Origin: Camelus dromedarius
Lineage: Eukaryota
DNA length: 64,000 nucleotides
Direction of reading: 5' to 3'
NCBI RefSeq assembly: GCF_036321535.1
Contig: NC_087437.1
Coordinates: 118,174,001 to 118,238,000 of the forward strand
Shown: positions 55,520-64,000 of the stretch, piece by piece
Layout of the letters: each line of letters starts with the position of its first letter
Numbering within the stretch: the first letter of the stretch is position 1
Position numbers and translations under genes: made by a program
The notes under the pieces: generated by a model
The model's database searches: none
Told to the model about the DNA's origin: nothing
Seen by the model: only the letters and a program-made list of their open reading frames with translations

Positions 55520-55908
55520 TGTCTTGGTTTGCTCGGGCCACCATAACAAAGTACTTGGGGGCTTTAACAGTAGAGCTTTATTTTCTCACAGTTCTGGAGG
55601 CTTAAAGTCCAAAGTCAAGGTACCAGCAGGTTTGATTTTTTTCTGAGGCTTCTCTCCTGGGCTTGTAGGTGGTCGCCTTCTCCCTGTGTCCTCATATGGT
55701 CTTCCTTCCGACTGTGCCTGCATCCTAATCTCTTCATTTTATAAGGACACTAATCATATGGGATTAGGGCCCAGTCTCATGGCATCATTGTAACTTAATT
55801 ATCTCTGTAAATGCCTGATCTCCAAGTCCAGTCACATTCTGAGACACCGGGGGTCAGAGCTTCTGTATAAGAATTTGAGGTGGTAGGGAACACAATTCAA
55901 TCCCTAAT
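55520..55908 (-). mobile_element. MaLR LTR (MLT1A/B-like)
   Basis: 'tgtcttggtttgctcgggccaccataacaaagtac...tctcacagttctggaggc...ttataaggacactaatcat...acacaattcaatcc'. Confidence 0.85.
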
Positions 55909-57593
55909 GCTGAGGCTAAAACGTAGCTTTTATTTCCCATAGTCATTGTGTTGCTTAAAACTTGTAGATTACAGTTTTCTCCAGCAAAAAAAAAATCTCC
56001 TAAATCTAGCAGGCAATTTAGTCTCAGTTACTTATTTCACTTGGGCCTACAGTTTTCAGACATGATTTTCAACAGGCAGCCCATTGTCATGGGTGGAAAC
56101 ATTCCTCAGGAAGGACCATCTCTGGGAGATGCAGGAAGCCTTCTTCCTGCCAGCATCCCAGCCAAGAGCCACAACAAACCTTCTTTATAAGCAAATGCTT
56201 ACTGGTCTCTAACCTGAGAACTGTGGGGACACCAGGATGTAAGCATAGGAAACCCCTGTAGCCCACAGCCCTTTAAAGTGACGGCTTGAAAGACCTAAAA
56301 TCATGCTCTGTAAATTTTACACAAATGAAAGTTCAAGTCCTTGTAAGGAGGAGATAACTGATACAGAGTTCGTCTTCTGCATTTGAGATGTGAAGTTTCA
56401 ACTGTTCATAGTTAGCTTTGAGCCATGCCAGCCCAGATATGATCTGCCTGATGGCAGCCTCCTTGCAAAGCTAAAGAGAGCTGTGGGGATGGATGGTTTG
56501 TTCAGAAACCCAAAGATGTGTGTTTAGTCTCTGCAAGATAAACTAACAGCAGCCCAGGTGAGGAGGTTAGGAAATTGTCCACATCATTTGTTGTCCTTAG
56601 CTGTCCCCTAACCCAATATAGTCCCATATATGAGAGTCATTACAAGCTCCTCTTTAAAATTCAAGATTTCCATGGAGCATCATGCCTCATTTACATCTGA
56701 GTGCAAATCACTTTAATCCTACCATCTTCTGTATCAGATGAGTGCTGCTGTTTCAAGAATGGGCAATTTCAGTTTGAATAAAGTCAATGGAAGGGAGGTT
56801 TTGGATCCATCTGGATGGCATCTGGCATCAAGGTTTTTGACCCAAGCAAGGCAGGCTGGGGACCACAGACTTCCAAGAAGTAGGGACACCGGGGGTGAGA
56901 GGGGGGCTCAGAAAAATAGGACGGCAGCCAGCAAGGAGTGACTCCTGTGAAATTTTGCCCAGAGGCTTTGAGATAAGTGGTATGGCCCCGAAAATGTCTC
57001 TTGTCATTTAAAAGGTCCTAGTCAAAGTATCAAAAGTTGAGAATGATGCTCAGCTCAGCAAAGATCAAATTGGTGTCATTTCCCATGTGTGGGTTAGTCA
57101 GCGTTCAGAATCTCTATTCAAGTCGATGCAAGATACCTTAGCTAAGCAGCCACTGTGCTGTGCAGGGAGGAGAGGCTGCTTCCCTCACAGAGAGTTAGTG
57201 AGGGGACTGGACCAGCTCCAAGGGCCCTCTCACAGCAGCCACCTAGAGTCCAGGGAGGGACAGTGACCAGAGATGGAGAAAGAAGATGAACACAAAATAG
57301 CAAAAATGTCTCTAGTCTCCTAGAAGGTACGACTTTGTGACATATGAAAAGATGAAGCATGACGAGCAAAATTCACCTCCTTGGTTTTCTGGTTTGTCAG
57401 CTAAAAATTGAAAATTAATCATGCCTACCTTGAAAGGCTGTTGCATTGAAGGAATAAAATTAGATATTTAAAATGCACAGACTGGGTGTTGAATATCTTT
57501 TGTATCTGCATAAACATGCACATTCTTCCAGAATGGCCCCCAAACTATCTGCCCTGGTGCATATCCAAGGGGCTTACGTACTACCTTCCAGAG

Positions 57594-57954
57594 AAGTAGT
57601 TCTCAAAGCATGTTCCCCCGCTCCAACAGCATCAGTCTCACCTGGGAGTTTGCCAGAAATGCGTATCTCAGCACCCAAGCCCAGCCCTATGGAATCAGAA
57701 AACCTGTGCTTTACTGAGCCCTCCAGGTGATTCTGATACTGAAGATTGAGAACCACTATTCTAGACCAATGGGTAGCTACCTAGCTGCACAGTCGAGTCA
57801 CCTGGGATATTTCTAAAAAAAAAGTAGTAATACCACAGCCACAACCAGTCCAAATAAACCAGAATCTCTGCGAATAGAGTGCAGGCCCAGAACTTTCCCT
57901 TTAAAGGTCCTTCTCAAATGGTTCTAACATGCAGACAGTGCTGAGAAACTGCTA
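57594..57954. mobile_element. Two adjacent MER5-family (hAT-Charlie) elements, about 57594-57758 and 57767-57954
   Basis: 'agtagttctcaaag...gccctccaggtgattctgat...ttgagaaccacta', then 'caatggg...gagtcacctggg...ggttctaacatgcag...tgagaaactgcta'. Confidence 0.75.
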
Positions 57955-58497
57955 TTCTAGGTACCAGAGATGTGGAGGTATTCAGTGATTCTTTTCATTT
58001 GTTTCTCTAAATACAAATGCCAGCTCTATGCCAAACACTAAAGTGGGTAATACGGATGCAAGACAGACATAGGCCACGTGTTTCTGGAGTACACAGCCCA
58101 ATGGGCATCACAAAAAATCCACCATTTACAGTCACACAAATTGAGCACTGCAAACTCTAACCAGTGTCCTTCACATCTTCATATATAAACTCTGAAGCCA
58201 CATACAGCATCTGAGGTTGAAGCCCAAGGTAATCCTGGCATCTAGAGATGTAGAATATGTATCTTCCCAGCAGCTTTAGCCTCTTCTATGTGCACCACCA
58301 AAGGCCTCACAGGAAGTCCCAGCAGGACTGAAGCCAGTGAACTGATTCCTCATCACTCTGTTACAGATAATCACTACACTTTTTAATTTAATGAGGGACA
58401 TTATGTGCAATATGACTTGCTGAGCATGATAGTTTTACTTTGTAATGAACTGTTACCACTATAATGTGTTTGCATTTGGAACTGAATTTATTCTAAT

Positions 58498-58670
58498 CGT
58501 GGTAGGCTGAATAACCTTTCCCCAAAGATATACAGGTCTTAATCCCTGGAACCAGTGAATGTTTTCTTATATGGCAACAAGAACTTTGCAGATGTGATTA
58601 TGTTAAAGGTCTTAGACTCTTGGGGTGGGCTATCATGCAGTCACAAGTGTCCTAACAAGAGAAGGGCAGA
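58498..58670 (+). mobile_element. MLT1D-like LTR 5' fragment
   Basis: 'gtggtaggctgaataa...cccaaagatat...taatccctggaacc.gtgaatgtt...tatggcaa..agaactttgcagatgtgatta'. Confidence 0.75.
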
Positions 58671-58959
58671 GAGCTGGCTCCTACGTGAGCCCTGGCCTCT
58701 CCCTCCACGCTCTCTAACCTCTCCTCTCTTGGTTTTCCCCACTCCATAAGTGGCACTTCGGCCAGCTTATTGCTCAGCCAACAGAAATTAGAATTAGACT
58801 CAGAAAGTAATTGTCCTTTCTCTGCCACCATAAATCCAACTCATCAGAAAATCCTAACGTTCAACCTGAAACATGACACCTTTTACCAGGTGCATACTCT
58901 CTCTCCTTAACATGCCTGCAGTGACTGGCTCCATGCACTAGATAGAGAAATCTGGTTAG

Positions 58960-60392
58960 GACTCTAGTTGTGTGATGAACGTCACTCTGCTCAAACACCT
59001 CCAGAGCTTTCTATCCCCCACTTCTCTCAGCCCTCACCTCCTCCTCCTGCACCCCCTTGTGTACCCAGTTCCCTCCACCACAGCCTCCCCAACAGTCCTT
59101 GAAACACACTGGACACAAGGCTGCTGCAGGGCTTTGGCGCTCGCTGTTTCCTCTGCCAGGAAAGTTCTTCCCCTGACATCTCCACGACTCTCTCCCTCAC
59201 CTTCCCCAGGTTTTCACTTAAATATCCCCTTCTTTTTTATTGAAGTATAGTTGATTTACAATGTTATGTTAGTTTCTGGAGTATAGCAAAGTGATTCAGT
59301 TATATATATACATATATATATATAATATATATATTATTTTTTAGATTCTTTTCCATTATAGGTTATTACAAGATATTGAATACAGTTTCCTGTGTTACAC
59401 AGGTTTTTGTTATCTATTTTATATATAGTACTGTGTATCTGCAAATCCCAAACTCCCAATTTATCCCACCCTGCCACCCCTTTCCCCTTTGGTAACCATA
59501 GTTTGTTTTCTGTCTGTGAGTCTATTTCTGGTTTATACATAAGTTCATTTATGTCATTTTTTTAGATTGCACATGAGAGATATCATATGATATTTGTCTT
59601 TGTCTGGCTTATTTCACTTAATACTATAATCTCTAGGTCCATCCATGTTGCTACAAATGACATTATTCTATTTTTTGTGGCTGAGTAATATTCCATTGTG
59701 TACATATACCACTATTTCTTTATCCAGTCATCTGTTGATGGACACTTAGGTTGCTTCCATGTCTTGGCTACTGTAAATAGTGCTGCTATGAACACTGGAG
59801 TGCATGCATCTTTCCAAGTTATAGTTTCCTACAAATACATGTCCAGGAATGGGATTGCTGGATCGTATGGTAAGTCTATTTTTAGGTTTTTGAGGAATCT
59901 CCACCCTGTCCTCCATAGTGGCTGCACCAAAGTACATTCCCACCAATAGTCTAAGAGGGCTTCCTTTTCTCCACACTCTCTCCAACATTTATTATTTGTA
60001 GACTTTTAAATGATGGCCATTCTCACTGGTGTGAAGTGATACCTCATTGTAGTTTTGATTTATGTTTGTCTATTAGTGATATTGAGCATCTTTTCATGTG
60101 CCTGTTGACCATTTGGATGTCTCCCTTGTAAAATGTCCCCTTCTTAGCCCCCCATCAGAAACCCCTAATCCCCCTAACATTACTCTTCTTCACTGTTTCA
60201 GTGTCCCCTTTCACCAGTTACAACCTAATGGGTACATGTTCTATTCATCACATTTATTGCCGCTACCCTGTCATTCACTAGAATGAAGCTGCCTTAGGAT
60301 ATGGGGTCGCCTGTTTTGTTCACTCTCTATCTGCAGACCTAGAATCAATGTGCACCATAATTGCACAAATAAGTATTTGTTGAATGGATAAA
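58960..60392 (+). mobile_element. L2 3' portion split by an L1 insertion
   Basis: 'cagggctttggcgctcgctgtttcctctgccaggaa...ctccctcacctt' before 59220 and 'ctagaatgaagct...aagtatttgttgaatgga' after 60145. Confidence 0.7.
59235..60130 (-). mobile_element. 5'-truncated L1 (cetartiodactyl type) with 15-bp TSD (1 mismatch)
   Basis: TSD aaatatccccttctt (59220-59234) / aaatgtccccttctt (60131-60145). ORF2 C-terminal and 3'UTR motifs; (TA)n at 59301-59333. Confidence 0.9.
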
Positions 60393-60394
60393 TC

Positions 60395-60715
60395 TCAAAG
60401 CAATAATGTTGAGAACAAAGCCAGTCCCAGAAGAACACCTCTCTGTGAAGCTAATTACATAAAGTTCAAGAGCATGTACATCTTAGCAAGACTTTACTTA
60501 GGGCTACAAATATGCAGCACAACTACAAAGAAAAGCCAGGATTAACTAACATCAGGTTTGGGAGTGAGGTCCCCTCTGGGAGGGGGGCGCTTGGAGAGGA
60601 GCACACAGGGGGCTTTCCAAGGACACCCTTCTGTTTCTTAACTTCAGCAGTACACATGCTTGTAATTTGTCAGTGTAGTCAATTTTTAAGTTGCATTTCA
60701 AAAAGACAAGAAAAA
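60395..60715 (+). mobile_element. L1ME-like 3'UTR fragment
   Basis: 'aatctcaaagcaataatgttgag...attacataaagttcaa...ggagaggagcacacagggggctttc'. Confidence 0.5.
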
Positions 60716-61161
60716 TAACTTAGAGCACAACAGACCAGATCATTCCTTTGGAACCCAGCATTTGTGACACCAGACTCAGCACGGGCCCATCGCACTGACA
60801 CAGGCTCTGTCCTGCCTCCTTGTGCAGCAGCATCAGTTCACTCACTCCTGGCTCCACAGCCCAAACAGGCGGCAAAGCTCTCACCCCAAGAGACTGGCCT
60901 CTACGAACAGTTGAGGCAAGAAGAAGGTGAAAGTTCTCTCTGATTCTGTACCCCCGACAGCACTTTGTATACGGGAACAATGAAATAAGTAACTGCTGAT
61001 GAATTACACAAACTACAGGATTTTACTTAGCAGCATGAGGGTTTACACCAAGAATGGAGAATGGATTCCCAAAGACTTTGTCAAAAGTGGGGGCTTCCTT
61101 TCTGCACCCCCTCCTCTTCTCAGAAGCCCGAGAGCAGCTCCCCTCCCCAACCCACTTGCCC

Positions 61162-61220
61162 CACACACTACACACACACACCACACGCACACACACACAC
61201 CACACACACGTACATACACA
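61162..61220. repeat. Interrupted (CA)n tract
   Basis: Read directly. Confidence 0.85.
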
Positions 61221-61440
61221 GGTCCCCACAGGCTCCCGCAGTGAAAAACTCCATTAAATGTTCTTTGGGAAAAGTACCTGTGACTCCACTGACATCTGAC
61301 AATTTGGCATGAACACCAAGAAGATCTCAGGCAGTAAGTGAGAAAACATGCAGTTATTTAAAAAATTTGTGTAACACTGGATAAGAATGCAAATGTTTAA
61401 ATTAAGCCCTGTGAATAAAGCTCAGGGAAATAAACAAATT

Positions 61441-61443
61441 AGA

Positions 61444-61486
<43 letters not shown>

Positions 61487-61541
61487 GCAGGCAGGCAGGC
61501 AGACAGACAAACGGACAGACACACAGACAGAAAGATAGATA
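61441..61541. repeat. Compound tetranucleotide microsatellite (AGAT)n(AGAC)n(AGGC)n
   Basis: agatagatagatagatagat agacagac... aggcaggcaggcaggc agacagac... Confidence 0.95.
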
Positions 61542-62124
61542 AGTAAATAAACAGAGGAGAAAAGAAAGGAAGGAAGTCTGCTGGGCTCCTTAGCACATCC
61601 CCAGCAACTATTATATAATAGACATTCAACAAATATTTGTCAAATGAATGAATGAAGTAATGATGTCAAACAAGATAAAATATGGTCCAACGTTTCTAAC
61701 ACCTTGTCAGATATCCTACACCCGAAAATGTACAATGAGCCCTTCAGCCTTCACTACGTGTGGCAACACTCAGGTAAACGTGCGTTTTGCGTCCTTCTCT
61801 TGAATCCCAGGCCTTTGGGAAGCCAGCCTACTCTCTGCTGTGTTCCTGTGTTCCTGCTACATGGCACATGCTTGATGAATAAATTCTTTTAATCACCGTG
61901 TATTTGGGGAGAGTATCTACAAGAATCCATCCAGTTTAGTGTTATCAGGAGGTTTTCCTTGGTCCCTTAGATACCAGAAAATGACCTCACTCCAGGGAGA
62001 ATCTGGTGGTACCTGGTGAGTCCAATATGGTGACACTAAGACCTATATCTCTGGACTACAAGGAGCCTTGGAGTGGTCAAAAACTTCCATGGCTCAGCTG
62101 AAGTTCACTATCCTCTGGAGCCAG

Positions 62125-62330
62125 GCCATCCAATATGGCAGCCACCAGCCACGTGCGACTGTTGAACTCAAATTCATCAAAATTAAATAAAATGAGTAAT
62201 TCCATTCTTTAGTCACTCTAACCACATTTCAAATGCTCAACAGTCACACTGCCTAGTGGCTACCAGCCACTAAATGGCTTAGTGTTCTAGAGCATTTCCA
62301 TCATCACAGAAAGTTGCTTAGACAGGGCTG
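62125..62330. mobile_element. MER3/MER33-like hAT DNA transposon
   Basis: 'tccaatatggcagccaccagccacgtg...ccacatttcaaatgctcaa...catttccatcatcacagaaagtt'. Confidence 0.75.
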
Positions 62331-63449
62331 GGCTGGCATGTGGCCTGATGTTATGGAATCACCTTCACTTGGGATTGATTGCACCTTAATGGATACTGAA
62401 GATAAATCAGATAGAAATCCTTAAAACTACAAACAGGGATTAAAATGATTTAATAAGGATTATGGAACTAAAAAAAGACATGAGTTATAGTTTGGAAAGC
62501 AAAAATACAAATGAAGTAACCTTCCGTGGGGGAAGGGAATGAGTAAATTCTCCACTTAAAGATGAAACAACACATTTATACAAAGTATAAACAGAAACTA
62601 GTGACACTCTTTAGACCTATATTATACTGAATTTAAAGCAAATGCATTGGTCAAGAAATAAACTAATCCACTTACAAACTAATTGGATTGTTAGGTGCAC
62701 ATTACTATCAGTAGCCTGAGGTAGCACTTCCATCTAATGGTAGCAATTGCTTTTAAACAACCTTAAGATGAGTACAGTCATCTCAAATGTCCTACTTAAC
62801 TCCCTTTTCTATTGTAGAAATTACGCTTTAGGTCAGCCTAATGGGGACACACACCTAATATGCATGCAGAGGACAACTGAACAGTCAAGAAGTAAAAAAG
62901 TTTAAAAATGAAGCTCTGTAGGAAGAATTAAGATAAATAGACATCAGCACTGCCCTTGGAGCAGAGCCGGGCTGGTCCCCATTCATATTCCTGGTTTTGC
63001 ACTTGGGAGCTTTGGGACAGTGAGTTTGCCACTGAGCCTCCTTGCACTTCAAACGTTCCACCTGTAAACCGAATAGGGTTGTGAGAGTGCTTGACATTTC
63101 CTTCTTTTCTTAGGGAATCTGTGACCATGGCAGTGACAACATGGGAAGGAAGAGTGTAGCCAAGTCTTCCTCATCATCAGGCCTGCTCCTCTCATGCTCA
63201 GCTCAGTTGGAGGCACCAACATCTTCCCCATCACCTTCCCCAGACATCTGGGGCCCAGGCTCCAGCCTTCTGCTGACCTTGCCATTATCCTGCCCTCCTG
63301 ATTGCACCCCACAGCCTACAGGCAAAGGACCCTCCAGCAGGACCACAGCAGCCTCCCCTCTGCCACTTCTGCAAGGCACCGCCCACTGAGCTAACAGGGA
63401 CTTCCCCTAAAACATCTGCAATGGGAGGGATACTTCTGACACATCAAAT

Positions 63450-63900
63450 CTGTTTCCCTCTTGACTCCCTCAAAAGGTCCTGTGACAGGGACACAAGTGA
63501 AAGTAGTCTATTTGGGAGTTGTTTTTAGGAAATCCAGAGGGAAAGTGAGACAGGAGAGGGAGGATGGCCCATGAAGGCTGAGTTATCAGGCACGTCACCA
63601 CCATGCGCAGCTATAGCTTAATCTTTGGGGCCCCCTGAGAGCCAAAGTAGAGGTGCACCTCAGTGAGCCCACCTGTGAGGCCCAGGCAGGTATCACCAAG
63701 TCCCAGCAGTCACCGGTGGGGAGCTGCCCCCAGCAGTCAGTTCCCAGGGGTAGGGGCCGTCTCCCAGGGGGAGCCCTCAGGCCGAGCACAGCGCAGCCTA
63801 GCCACCATGGCAGCTGGGAATCAGCAGCTGGGAATCAGCTGCTGACGGGAACGCTATGCACTGAGGGGTCTGGGCAGGCACCCCAGCATCTGCTCCAAAA
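63450..63900 (-). mobile_element. Old ERVL LTR (LTR33-like)
   Basis: 'aagtagtctatttgggag...gtgagacaggagagggagg...gagttatcaggca' resembles the recalled LTR33-family consensus. Confidence 0.5.
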
Positions 63901-64000
63901 TCAGGCGTTGTCACTTCTTCAGTGTCCTTCGGCTCCTTCTCACACCAAGAAGACAGCAGCCAGTAGGTCAGAGCAGATAGATACTTCTAGAATGAGGGGT

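Overview
This is mammalian (eutherian) genomic DNA, not microbial. The whole window lies inside the DSCAM gene on the minus strand. It holds two coding exons with canonical splice sites: exon 2 (31408-31725, 318 nt, Ig1) and exon 3 (18137-18283, 147 nt, N-terminal half of Ig2). The rest is the 3' part of intron 1, all of intron 2 (13,124 nt) and the start of intron 3. The introns are dense with transposon relics: old and young L1, L2, MIR, HAL1-like, MLT1/MLT2/MER21 and other LTRs, MER44/MER8/MER20/MER5/MER3-like DNA transposons, and microsatellites. The young L1 3' ends resemble camelid L1s as I recall them, so a camelid genome is plausible but unverified. Almost all ORFs in the track are spurious or L1 remnants. 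I found no evidence of a novel biological system. The most interesting observations are an inverted pair of young L1s bracketing in-frame exon 3, a diverged ~135 bp duplication just downstream of the exon 2 donor, a perfect 17-bp inverted repeat near exon 3, and a multi-layer nested transposon stack in intron 2. Repeat family names come from recalled consensus sequences. Repeat boundaries are approximate unless target-site duplications (TSDs) are given.
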